Shown: piece by piece, positions 32,033 through 41,036 of the stretch
Layout of the letters: the number at the start of each line of letters is the position of its first letter
How positions within the stretch are numbered: position 1 is the first letter of the stretch
Source: a virus
Taxonomy: Duplodnaviria; Caudoviricetes
DNA length: 44,662 nucleotides
Strand: one strand, 5' to 3'
IMG/VR virus record: IMGVR_UViG_3300046698_000093
Location: 1-44,662 of that record
Program-made: the position numbers and the translations under genes
The notes under the pieces: generated by a model
What the model was told of the DNA's origin: nothing
Seen by the model: only the letters and a program-made list of their open reading frames with translations
The model's database searches: none

Positions 32033-33895
32033 ATGCCTACACGGGAAGTGACCGTTAAGAAAATGTACCGGGCTATCGCGTTGGGCGAGGAACGTCTCCG
32101 AACTTTCCGATCCTCCCGTCTTCTATTCTTGAGGGAGTTCGCCGGGCAGTATTACGATAAAGATTCTGCCACGATAGGTAACGAGCCGATCAACATGATC
32201 TTCGGGGCCGTAGCTACACTTGTACCTAATTTGGTCACAAACTTCCCCAAAACTGTCGTGACTTCCAAGTTTCTGATGTACCGTGGCTACGCGGAACTTC
32301 TGGGTCTGGGCCTGGACTTTCTCGCCAAAGAGATGAATCTACGCGATGAACTACGCAGATGGATCGTAGACTCGCTCTTTGTACTCGGAATTATGAAGAC
32401 CGGGATCGCCACGAGCGATGATCTGATAACCTTCGGGGACGACTTACGAATCGACGCGGGCCGTCCCTACGCGACCGTGGTGGACTTTGATGATTACATC
32501 CTGGACCCCGCGGCTCGCCGGTTAGAGGAAGCATCCTTCGTAGGGCACCGAGTTCGCGTTCCCCGGCAGATGCTGTTGGATTCAGGTCTCTATAAGAATG
32601 ACCTCGTGGAACGTCTGATTTCCGCGGATCAGGACCCCTACGCCCGGCGCGAAGTCGATCAGATGTCGATGCACGATGTCACGCCGACCGAGATCAGTAG
32701 CTTTCAAGACCTTGTGGATGTCCGGGAAGTCTGGGTTCCCGCGGCGCGGGCCATTGTCACGCTTCCCGCCAGTCGCAATGTGTTTGATGACTATCTCCGC
32801 GTCCAGGACTACGACGGGCCTGATGAGGGACCTTACACATACCTATCCCTCACTCCCCCGCTTCCGAATAACCCAATGCCTATCGCGCCGGTGGGTATAT
32901 GGTACGACCTCCATGTGGCCTCTAACAAGATGGCCAAGAAGATCATGGAGCAAGCTGAACGTCAGAAGGACGTGTTGACATACAAGCCTTCGGCCGCGGA
33001 TGATGCGCAGGAAATCATAGATGCGGGCGATGGCGAAGCAATTGGAGTGGCCGATGTACAGGGTGTCGCCGTGCAGCATTACGGCGGTCAGCAGAATTCC
33101 AATTCAGAACATCTCCAGCAGTTGTCCTACTGGTTTAACCTCGCCTCGGGTAACACCGATCAACTCGGCGGCGTGAAGTCCAACGCGAATACCGCGACCC
33201 AAGCCAATATCCTCCAGAGCAATGCGGGTGTTCGTATCGAAGATATGCGGGATATTGTATACATCGGCACCAAGAACGTTCAACGCAAGTTGGCGTGGTA
33301 TCTACACACCGACCCCCTGATTTCGCTCCCCCTCATCAAGCGGACGCCGATCCCGGCTCAAACGGTGATGAGTCCTATGGGGCCGGTCATCATCCCGCCC
33401 AAGATGATCCAGGAACAGACGATCCTCAGCCCGGATACTCGTCAGGGGGACTTCCTCGATTTCCACTTTGAGATCGAAGAAAAGTCCATGTCCCGGCTGG
33501 ACCCCAATCAGCGACTCCAGAAGGCGCTGCTATTCGCCGCGAAGGTTCTGCCGTCCGCGGCCCAAGCCGCAATGGTCTGCCAGCAGATGCAAGTTCCCTT
33601 CTCGTTCCCTGCTTTTGCTGTTCGTATGGCCAAGGAACTCGACCTGGAATGGATGGACGAAGTGTTCTATGATCCGAATTTCCAGGCGCAGATGCTACAG
33701 CAGATGAATGCCGGGCCGAAGCCCGACAACCAAAAACCGATGTCCGCACCGGGTGGCGGTATGGCGGCGATCCAGCAGAACGGTCAAGCTGGCAATACAA
33801 TGAACTCAGCCGACCTCAAGATGCCAATGGGAGCGGGCGGTGGTGGGACGATGGAGTCCGACGCCCAACCTAACCAGTCGGTGAACACACTTTAG
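32033..33895 (+). CDS. Portal protein
   Basis: 620 aa, follows TerL; GIMKTG, DYILDPAARRLEEASFVGHR, TATQANIL; Q/G-rich tail. Confidence 0.85.
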   Translation: MPTREVTVKKMYRAIALGEERLRTFRSSRLLFLREFAGQYYDKDSATIGNEPINMIFGAVATLVPNLVTNFPKTVVTSKFLMYRGYAELLGLGLDFLAKEMNLRDELRRWIVDSLFVLGIMKTGIATSDDLITFGDDLRIDAGRPYATVVDFDDYILDPAARRLEEASFVGHRVRVPRQMLLDSGLYKNDLVERLISADQDPYARREVDQMSMHDVTPTEISSFQDLVDVREVWVPAARAIVTLPASRNVFDDYLRVQDYDGPDEGPYTYLSLTPPLPNNPMPIAPVGIWYDLHVASNKMAKKIMEQAERQKDVLTYKPSAADDAQEIIDAGDGEAIGVADVQGVAVQHYGGQQNSNSEHLQQLSYWFNLASGNTDQLGGVKSNANTATQANILQSNAGVRIEDMRDIVYIGTKNVQRKLAWYLHTDPLISLPLIKRTPIPAQTVMSPMGPVIIPPKMIQEQTILSPDTRQGDFLDFHFEIEEKSMSRLDPNQRLQKALLFAAKVLPSAAQAAMVCQQMQVPFSFPAFAVRMAKELDLEWMDEVFYDPNFQAQMLQQMNAGPKPDNQKPMSAPGGGMAAIQQNGQAGNTMNSADLKMPMGAGGGGTMESDAQPNQSVNTL

Positions 33896-33901
33896 GAGAA
33901 T

Positions 33902-34141
33902 ATGATGGCTACGGCGAAACTAGGTGGCGCGACGGCGGATACCCCGGATGACTTCCAGGCAGAAGATGACGCCCGGCACTTGACCGAAGCGCAGAATATC
34001 CGGTTGGATGAGAAGCGGCACCAAGCCGCGCTCAAGCATATGAAGAAGAAGGCCGGGTCGATACAAGGCGCGGTCGATATGGAAACTAAGGTCAAGGAAG
34101 GGCTTGCCAAGGCATTCCCCGCCACGAAGGATGGTGCATAA
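33902..34141 (+). CDS. Small protein of the head region
   Basis: AGGAG RBS; FQAEDDARHLTEAQNIRLDEKRHQAAL. Confidence 0.7.
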   Translation: MMATAKLGGATADTPDDFQAEDDARHLTEAQNIRLDEKRHQAALKHMKKKAGSIQGAVDMETKVKEGLAKAFPATKDGA

Positions 34142-34626
34142 TGCCCGATCCCATGAGTGACATTCAACAGCCCGGCGCCCCCCAAATGCAATCCGAAGTA
34201 GAAGCCATGAGCAGTCCTTCCAAGGCGGCAATGGTTCAGGCTACTCGCGCTGCCGCAGTTGAGGCCCAGGCCAAGCAAGGACTCCAAGCGGCGACTGGAG
34301 GCGGCGGTCAAGTGCCCCCTCCTCTCAATGACCAGATCGCGATGCACTTGATGAGGGATACGGAAGTTGACCCTGAACACCCGGAAAAGTACATCCAGGC
34401 CGTCAAAGGGAGAATCAAGGAAACGACCAAGTTAGCGTCGGATGCTAAGACCGCGGGGAAGATGGACGCCTACAATACCTATTACCAAGTAGCAAGTATC
34501 ATGCAGCAGCATTTCAACACCCTGCTTGACAAGCACACGGCCCACATCAAGGCGATTGCCGCCGAAGCCATTGCAAAACAGAATGCTCAGGTTCAGGCAC
34601 AGAATGAAGCGTTGGGGTACAAGTAA
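34141..34626 (+). CDS. Hypothetical helical protein
   Basis: TAATG coupling at both ends. Confidence 0.7.
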   Translation: MPDPMSDIQQPGAPQMQSEVEAMSSPSKAAMVQATRAAAVEAQAKQGLQAATGGGGQVPPPLNDQIAMHLMRDTEVDPEHPEKYIQAVKGRIKETTKLASDAKTAGKMDAYNTYYQVASIMQQHFNTLLDKHTAHIKAIAAEAIAKQNAQVQAQNEALGYK

Positions 34627-34967
34627 TGCCTTTATACGACCATGAGTGCGAATGTGGCGAAACTCTAGCGGAATATCGCACGATTGCCAATTGGAACCGG
34701 CTTCCAACATGCCCTAAATGTGGGAAGTTGATGCCCATTTCTATCGCCCTCCAGAACTCGGCCGTTCGTGCCAACTATAAGAAGCCGATCCGCCTGGAGT
34801 CAATGGGCTTCCTTGCGGACCCCGAAGACGTGGCCGAACACCGAAAGAGGTTCCCCGATGTCGATCTTGAAATGCACGAAGGATCAGCCGTCCCGGTTCT
34901 CAAAAGTCTCGGGCAAAAGCGCGCCTATTTCAAAGCCGCTGGTCTCGCTGACATGCGGAGTTACTGA
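34626..34967 (+). CDS. FmdB-like zinc-ribbon protein
   Basis: MPLYDHECECG...PTCPKCG. Confidence 0.8.
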   Translation: MPLYDHECECGETLAEYRTIANWNRLPTCPKCGKLMPISIALQNSAVRANYKKPIRLESMGFLADPEDVAEHRKRFPDVDLEMHEGSAVPVLKSLGQKRAYFKAAGLADMRSY

Positions 34968-35452
34968 TGCGATATCTGACGAACCTCGTGAGCCTGATGC
35001 TTTTGGTACTCGCTTCTGGCATCACCTACGGCATTCTGGAGGCGAAGTACATCCCGACTGACACGGCGGGGTTCGCAACGATCCCTTGGCTGGGGAATCA
35101 CTTTGCATACTACCATCTGTGCCTGCTCTCTCTGATGACAGTCGCTTCATTTTCTTTGGCGATCTTGCACCTTCGGGATATGGCGGAACACCGAAAAAAG
35201 TATATGCTTCTTATGGGGTTCGCCATGCTTCCGCTCTCCCTCTTGATCGAGGATATCACATGGTTCTGCACTCGTTGGACGCCTATTCACCGCAACGAAT
35301 GGACGGTCTTTCCGGCTGGGTGGGCGCTGAACCTTGGGGTTACGTATATCCCTCTTTGGTATCTGGCAGTCTTGATCTTTTCGACATTGTGCCTGTGGCT
35401 GGCGGATCACTATGCGAAAATCGGCTCAAAGAAGTTCTTGACATCTCGCTAA
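34967..35452 (+). CDS. Multi-pass membrane protein
   Basis: About four hydrophobic segments; IEDITWF motif; TGATG coupling. Confidence 0.75.
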   Translation: MRYLTNLVSLMLLVLASGITYGILEAKYIPTDTAGFATIPWLGNHFAYYHLCLLSLMTVASFSLAILHLRDMAEHRKKYMLLMGFAMLPLSLLIEDITWFCTRWTPIHRNEWTVFPAGWALNLGVTYIPLWYLAVLIFSTLCLWLADHYAKIGSKKFLTSR

Positions 35453-35517
35453 GGTAGCGGATACAGTGGATAGATAGTCTCCTACCTCCCTTCGGGGACA
35501 GCAGCAAGGAAACAAAA

Positions 35518-36597
35518 ATGGTCGATGTAGCAGAACAACCGGCGTCAACAGCAATATCCCAAGGACCGGCCCCGCGTCTCTCTGATAACCCGGAAGTCGT
35601 CGCAGCGGTGACAGCACACCTGGCGGCGTTCGACGATATCGAGACCACGGACACCCCGGCCGTTGAGGAGCCTGTTGTTGCCGCACCAGTCGAAGAAGTC
35701 GTCGAGGCACCTGTTGCAGAAACCGTTACGACGGAAGTGCCGGAGAAGGTCTCAGACTTGATCCCCGGCCAAAAGTCAGAGGAAGCAGTGGCACCTGCCT
35801 CTACCCTTCCCGCGGCGTATGTCCGAACGGCAAAGGCGCGCGGCTGGACTGATGACGAGATCGCCAACTTTTCGAAGACCGATCCCGCCATAGCAATGAA
35901 GACGTTCGAGAGGATGCACGAATCTCGGACGAAGGAGATTCAGGAATGGGCAGAGATAGGCCGCAAAGTGAGAACTGCCCCGGCTGCTTCTTCCCCAGCC
36001 CCCGCCGTCTCATCTCCTGCATTGCCTGTTGCATCTGCGCCCCTCGCGCCGATCAACGTGCAGGAAATGGTCGAGAAGTACGGGAACAAGGACTTGATCG
36101 AAGCGCTGGCCGGGCCGGTCAACGCGGCGATTAGCGCCCTCGGCCCCATCGTGCAAGGCGCTCAGGCTGCGCGGGAACAATCCACCAAGGATGCCCAAGC
36201 AGGCTTGGCGAAGTCGGTTGGGGACTTCTTCGGCGACAAGACCATGAAGGGCTACGAATCCTTCTATGGCCCGGCGAACTTTACCGAGAAGACCCCGGCC
36301 CAAGTAGATGCGTTCAAGAAGGTTCTGGATACGGCCGACGCCCTTCGCGCCGGTGCCGCGTACCAGGGCCGGGAGTTGTCCGTTCAGGAAGCACTTACAC
36401 TGGCGCACGATTCCGTCGCCAGTGGCGTCAAAGAAACCGCAATACGGAGCCAGCTTCAAACGAAGGTTCAAAAGCGAAACGCGAATATCACCCTCCGACC
36501 GACCGCTCAAGGACGGCGATCAGCGGGTGGCCCTCCTCAGAATCGGCAAGAATTAATGGGCCGAACCGAGGACCGTCTCGCCAAGGCTTTCGGATAA
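35518..36597 (+). CDS. Capsid scaffolding protein
   Basis: Acidic/Pro-rich N-terminus, helical body and basic C-terminus; directly upstream of the major capsid gene. Confidence 0.7.
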   Translation: MVDVAEQPASTAISQGPAPRLSDNPEVVAAVTAHLAAFDDIETTDTPAVEEPVVAAPVEEVVEAPVAETVTTEVPEKVSDLIPGQKSEEAVAPASTLPAAYVRTAKARGWTDDEIANFSKTDPAIAMKTFERMHESRTKEIQEWAEIGRKVRTAPAASSPAPAVSSPALPVASAPLAPINVQEMVEKYGNKDLIEALAGPVNAAISALGPIVQGAQAAREQSTKDAQAGLAKSVGDFFGDKTMKGYESFYGPANFTEKTPAQVDAFKKVLDTADALRAGAAYQGRELSVQEALTLAHDSVASGVKETAIRSQLQTKVQKRNANITLRPTAQGRRSAGGPPQNRQELMGRTEDRLAKAFG

Positions 36598-36627
36598 CTG
36601 GTTCACAACAACATATGGAGATAAGAC

Positions 36628-37710
36628 ATGGGCATAGATAACGATAAATTGGTTGACCTCATAGCCACGACCCTCAAAGACCTGCCCAAGCAGACCTTCG
36701 AAGTCGCGTGGACCAACCAGAATTACGAGTTCTGCCGTATCTACCAGGAAGACCGCACCCAGATCGACGGCGGCACCAGCATCCAGCGCAACGTGATGCT
36801 GGATCAATCGGGCAATGCTTCGTACCGCAAGCTGTTCGACGTGGACCAGCCTACGGTCCTGAATCAACAGCGCCAGATCGACGTGCCGTGGACGCAGATC
36901 GGCACGAACTATTCCTGGGACATCGTGGAAATCCTGCGTAACAAGAACACGGCCAAGGGCTACATTAACCTCATGGAATCCCGTCGAACGGATGGCCTGT
37001 GGTCCCTTGCCGACCTGATCGAAGATCGCGGTTGGAAGACCCCGACCAATGCGACGGACAAGTTGTTCCCCTACGGCATCCCGTACTATTTGAACATGCT
37101 CAATTCCGGCGTCACCGCGGCCGGGTTCAGCGGCCAGACTATCCGGTATCAGGACGGCAGCACTGGGACGGTCTGCGCGGGTATCGACGGTTCCGTGGAA
37201 GCCAAGTGGCGTAACTACGCTGCGACCTATACCAAGGTTGACAACGCCCTCCTGCGTACCATGCGCCGGGCGATCCTGGCGACTCGGTTCAAGCCGCCTT
37301 TGTTCATCACCTCGCCGGGCAACGATGAGGTCGGTACTCGGCGTATGTACGCGAACCTGGACGTGAATACCGAGTTGCAGGACTTGGCCGACAAGCGCGA
37401 CGACGCGACCCAGCCGAAGGACCTGGCGGGCAAGAGCCTGATCGACGTTGAAGGCACCTGCTATTTCAATCGTATCCCGGTTCAGTACATCCCGAATCTG
37501 GATAACGTGCCCAACAATCCGATCTACACCGTGGACTTCAAGAAGTTCATTCCATTCGTCCAGGACGGTTTCTGGATGGAGGAATCGAAACCCATGACGG
37601 ATCGCCTCCAGCACACGACCGTCACGGTCTACCTGGATGGTTCGCACAACAACCTGTGCATCAACCGGCGCACTGCGGGCTTCGTGGTTCACAACGTCAC
37701 CACCAGCTAA
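36628..37710 (+). CDS. Major capsid protein
   Basis: 360 aa; LIATTL...IDGGTSI...C-terminal NLCINRRTAGFV pattern; strong RBS and C/G-ending codon bias. Confidence 0.85.
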   Translation: MGIDNDKLVDLIATTLKDLPKQTFEVAWTNQNYEFCRIYQEDRTQIDGGTSIQRNVMLDQSGNASYRKLFDVDQPTVLNQQRQIDVPWTQIGTNYSWDIVEILRNKNTAKGYINLMESRRTDGLWSLADLIEDRGWKTPTNATDKLFPYGIPYYLNMLNSGVTAAGFSGQTIRYQDGSTGTVCAGIDGSVEAKWRNYAATYTKVDNALLRTMRRAILATRFKPPLFITSPGNDEVGTRRMYANLDVNTELQDLADKRDDATQPKDLAGKSLIDVEGTCYFNRIPVQYIPNLDNVPNNPIYTVDFKKFIPFVQDGFWMEESKPMTDRLQHTTVTVYLDGSHNNLCINRRTAGFVVHNVTTS

Positions 37711-37721
37711 GGATAACATTT

Positions 37722-37762
37722 GAGCCGTCGCCCCCAAGGATCGACTCCTTGGGGGCAAGCTC
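37722..37762 (+). promoter_or_regulatory. Strong hairpin after the major capsid gene (no U tract)
   Basis: GCCCCCAAGGA-TCGAC-TCCTTGGGGGC with outer GAGC/GCTC. Confidence 0.7.
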
Positions 37763-37798
37763 TTAACCCCAAGGGGTCAACCCCCACGGAGAAACGCA

Positions 37799-38725
37799 AT
37801 GAGTGATTCACAAGTAACGACTGGATTTTCTGAGAAGGTTTCGATCAAGCGGGTATATTTCACGGGCACGGATTTGCTGGCTGTTGGTTACGCCCTGTGC
37901 TACGACGCAGCGACGAACTTCTCGTGGGCGCAGAAGTCGGGCGCTCTCAATGCCTTCGGTGTGGCTTCGTATCCCAGCAGCCTGCATGATACCTCGGCGG
38001 GTTCGACGGCACTGGCAGGCACCGATCTCGTATCGGCATCCGATCAGAACGTGACACGAGTTATCAACGTCATCAAACCCACCACGGCAACTCTGAACTT
38101 CTTCGCAGGCGTCGTGAAGGATTCCCCGCAAGGTAGCCTCCAGGGTCCGTGCTGGGTGAATATCTACGTCCCGACCGCCAATGGTCAGGGTGTCCCGGTC
38201 TTCACTAGCGCCAACTGCACCATCGACGTGACGGGTCTGACCGTGGTCAACGGTAGCTACGCGATGGCCGCAGTCACCGGCTCCCAGGTCGCCTTGGCGA
38301 CTGCGCTCGCCACTTGGGATCGTTCCACCACCAACGGTCAGATTTTCGCCCGTCTCGGCGGGGCAATTGCGACTGCTGGGGCCACGACTTCCAGTGGCAT
38401 TGCTGCGGTTGTGACGATCACGACCACGGCACCCTTGGCGATTCCGCTGTCGAGCCGGGTTGTCCAGTACCTTGATACGACCACGGTTGCGGGTGCCCTG
38501 ACTTTGGCCGATGGCTTTGAAGGCCAGACCTTGAGCATCCAGATCGTCGTGCCTTCGGGCACCGGCGGGTCCGTGACGATCACCCCGGCCGATCCGGGTA
38601 ACTTCGCCACCCTCATCGCGCCGGTGAATGCGAAGACCGAGTTCTCCATCACGTTCCGCTCCGGCAAGTGGTGGTTGGAAGGCGCGGCCACGAGTTCCTC
38701 GACCTACGCTGTGTTGCTCAGCTAG
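37799..38725 (+). CDS. Putative capsid decoration/cement protein
   Basis: Follows the MCP; GYALCYD, FAGVV and WVNIYVP motifs; C-terminal LTLADGFEGQ...ITP domain. Confidence 0.6.
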   Translation: MSDSQVTTGFSEKVSIKRVYFTGTDLLAVGYALCYDAATNFSWAQKSGALNAFGVASYPSSLHDTSAGSTALAGTDLVSASDQNVTRVINVIKPTTATLNFFAGVVKDSPQGSLQGPCWVNIYVPTANGQGVPVFTSANCTIDVTGLTVVNGSYAMAAVTGSQVALATALATWDRSTTNGQIFARLGGAIATAGATTSSGIAAVVTITTTAPLAIPLSSRVVQYLDTTTVAGALTLADGFEGQTLSIQIVVPSGTGGSVTITPADPGNFATLIAPVNAKTEFSITFRSGKWWLEGAATSSSTYAVLLS

Positions 38726-38884
38726 CTCCTCCGTCCTCCCCATCGGGGTCGGCTACCCCCATACTGTGAAGGTGTGAGCCGACTTCGGTGGGCGGATCAA
38801 GCGGGCGTAGGGAAAGTGTAAGCCCCTAAGGGGCCGAGAATCCCAAGTATGACGCCCGCTTGACCCGCCCATGCGGGATTGGAG
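38726..38884 (+). ncRNA. Highly structured intergenic RNA element of unknown class
   Basis: 16-bp stem 38739-38754/38777-38792 with G-U pairs; 20-bp stem 38789-38808/38852-38871 with nested hairpins. Confidence 0.6.
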
Positions 38885-38890
38885 ATTAAC

Positions 38891-39100
38891 ATGAGTATTG
38901 TCGAGAAGGCGATAGAGCGCGCAAAACTTACTGCCAACGGGAAGCCAGTCACCGAGGCGATCCTGAATGAAGCACTGAAGATTGAGAACGCCTACGCCGC
39001 GGCCTCGGCTAACCCGCCCGCGGTCGCTCCTCTGGTTCCGGCTCCATCCTTGGCCCAGAAGATCGAAACCGCCGTGGAAACAGCCCTGGGGATTAAGTAA
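38891..39100 (+). CDS. Small hypothetical protein
   Basis: GGAG RBS; ATG at 38891. Confidence 0.65.
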   Translation: MSIVEKAIERAKLTANGKPVTEAILNEALKIENAYAAASANPPAVAPLVPAPSLAQKIETAVETALGIK

Positions 39101-39258
39101 TGCCCGCCAAGAGTCAGGCACAACGCGGCTACCTCTATGCCACTAAAGGGGAATCGTGGGTGAAGGAACACCACTTCGACAACAAGGGCAAACTCCCGGC
39201 GCATAAGGCCAAGGCTGAAGCGAATGCCAAGAAGAACTTGAAGAAGGCTTTTGAATGA
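39100..39258 (+). CDS. Small basic phage protein (MPAKSQAQRGYLYA...)
   Basis: 52 aa, not in the ORF track; TAATG and ATGA coupling; MPxKSxAQR N-terminus of a kind common in phage late regions. Confidence 0.75.
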   Translation: MPAKSQAQRGYLYATKGESWVKEHHFDNKGKLPAHKAKAEANAKKNLKKAFE

Positions 39259-39620
39259 AATCTTCGATGAATATCCGTTGGGCTTATTATTTCGGGCGTT
39301 TTCACCCGCAATGGTTCGTTCAGTCTCGTCAGGATAAATTGGCGGCAATTCGTCAGTTTATTGCTCTGGATACTCATGGCGTAGTGCCCGCTAACCCCCA
39401 CCCACTTTTGGAATGGATTAAGTCGGGTAAACAATGGTTTACTAGCTCGCAGAATGCCGTCAGGAAAACATGGTGTACTGACAAATGGGAGGGCTTGGCT
39501 CACGATTTTTATTCGATGCCTGTTTGGGTATTTGACGGATTCTACGCTTGGATGAAAAACCTCGGCGATTTGAAGGACCAAATGAATGATGTTCTCCCGT
39601 CATGCGATAGGCGGATTTAA
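39255..39620 (+). CDS. Hypothetical Trp-rich protein
   Basis: ATGA coupling. Confidence 0.6.
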   Translation: MKSSMNIRWAYYFGRFHPQWFVQSRQDKLAAIRQFIALDTHGVVPANPHPLLEWIKSGKQWFTSSQNAVRKTWCTDKWEGLAHDFYSMPVWVFDGFYAWMKNLGDLKDQMNDVLPSCDRRI

Positions 39621-39623
39621 CTA

Positions 39624-40934
39624 ATGGCCTACGATTCATATGTCGCTCCGGTTCCCGGACCACAAGCCGTTGGAGAACCCAACTCGGCGCTGACGTATAA
39701 CGACCTGATCCTCAATGTGGCCGAACAATTGGGTGTGGCCTACTACGGTCCCAATGGGGATCAAGCTGCCCAGGTGCCCATCGACCCGTTCACACTCGAC
39801 AAGTGCCAGCGATATGTGGCCGATGGGATGCGCATGTTCATCGCCGATGGTCCTCCGAATGGCTGGCGATGGCAGCGTCCGATTGCCGAAATTGACATTT
39901 GGCAGGACGTGGGTATCCAGATGCCGCCGGGTTCGGCCGGGCCGACTCTCCTGAGTTCAACCACGATTGCCGGGACGACGCATGTGTACGCTTCCAATTC
40001 TGGCGCGTTCAGTCTATCTAACGTCGGGCAGATTCTTTCTGTAAGAAATATCGGTGTGTTTACCATAGCGGGCTTTGTATCCGACATGGAAATTACACTG
40101 ACGCCTGGCACCGACTACCAGTGGGTCGGGGCCGCGACGTACATGTTCACGGTGCCTCCGACCGTGGCCCCCTTCCTACCGACGTTGACCGCGACGTATG
40201 ATGCAGGAAGCAATACGACTACCATCGTCAGCCCATCGCTGATCTTTTATCCATCGGCTACAGGTACTAGCCTCTTTGTACTGGATATCGCCGGACCGAT
40301 TCCGCTGAACAACTTCTCCAGCAATACTCAAATGACTGTGGTGGGCAACTATGCTTGGATCGGGGCGAAGGAATTCTCGCTCGTTTCCAACGGCATATAC
40401 ATGTTGCCAAATAGTTTTGGCGGTGAGGTTTGCGGCGAAATCACATACCAGGCTGGATCAAACCGCGGTGTGCCGATCAATTGGATCAGCGAACTTGAGA
40501 TCAGGCGGTTGCGTGAAAATTGGAATTCAGTCAGTGGCAACCCTTACTACGCCGCCGTCCGGCGCGATCAATCGAATTCCCGCGCGTGGAACTTGATGAT
40601 CTACCCGAACACAGGCGGCACGTATCGCGTCGAGTTTCCATATCTGGTTTACTTCGACAAGATGGTGAATCCCACAGATGCACATATCGCCGGGTTCGCC
40701 CATGATGAAACTGTTAAAGCCGCATCCTTGGCCCAGGCCGAACTCCAAGGCGAGGACGTGTTGGCCAACCGAATGAGTTACTACCGGCAGATCGCTTTGC
40801 CGAACAGCTTACGGGTTGACGGCCGCGCCGCCGCAAGACGGCTCGGCTATTGCGGGAATCCTAGAAGCACGACGGTCGCGCTCCGGGACTTCCGGCAGTA
40901 TTTCAGAAGGCCCACTGTTAATTATAGGCAGTAG
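39624..40934 (+). CDS. Head-tail adaptor / tail tubular protein A-like with inserted beta domains
   Basis: LTYNDLILNVAE...GWRWQR, then an insert, then YMLPNSF...GNPYYAAV...LMIYP. Confidence 0.6.
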   Translation: MAYDSYVAPVPGPQAVGEPNSALTYNDLILNVAEQLGVAYYGPNGDQAAQVPIDPFTLDKCQRYVADGMRMFIADGPPNGWRWQRPIAEIDIWQDVGIQMPPGSAGPTLLSSTTIAGTTHVYASNSGAFSLSNVGQILSVRNIGVFTIAGFVSDMEITLTPGTDYQWVGAATYMFTVPPTVAPFLPTLTATYDAGSNTTTIVSPSLIFYPSATGTSLFVLDIAGPIPLNNFSSNTQMTVVGNYAWIGAKEFSLVSNGIYMLPNSFGGEVCGEITYQAGSNRGVPINWISELEIRRLRENWNSVSGNPYYAAVRRDQSNSRAWNLMIYPNTGGTYRVEFPYLVYFDKMVNPTDAHIAGFAHDETVKAASLAQAELQGEDVLANRMSYYRQIALPNSLRVDGRAAARRLGYCGNPRSTTVALRDFRQYFRRPTVNYRQ

Positions 40935-41036
40935 GTCGCTGGCAGAAGCCAGAGAAAGTGTTGGTGTCCCATTAACGAGTCAAATTTCCTTCGGCGCGTT
41001 TCTTACCTCACTCCAGGTGACGGGTTCCGTAAGGCC

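Noticed and set aside
37680-37800. T7-like capsid frameshift or readthrough extension
   Set aside because: No slippery heptamer near the MCP stop, and the next gene has its own RBS.
36553-38743. Long antisense ORFs (36553-37758, 37808-38743; likewise 9106-10020, 13629-14537, 3616-4539)
   Set aside because: Expected shadows of GC3-biased genes on the opposite strand, with no recognisable motifs.
38750-38845. Cobalamin-riboswitch-like (CCCCC..ACTGT, AGGGAA) or twister-like (TAAGCCCCTAA) words
   Set aside because: The words are in the wrong order or lack their partner elements, so a named family cannot be supported by eye.
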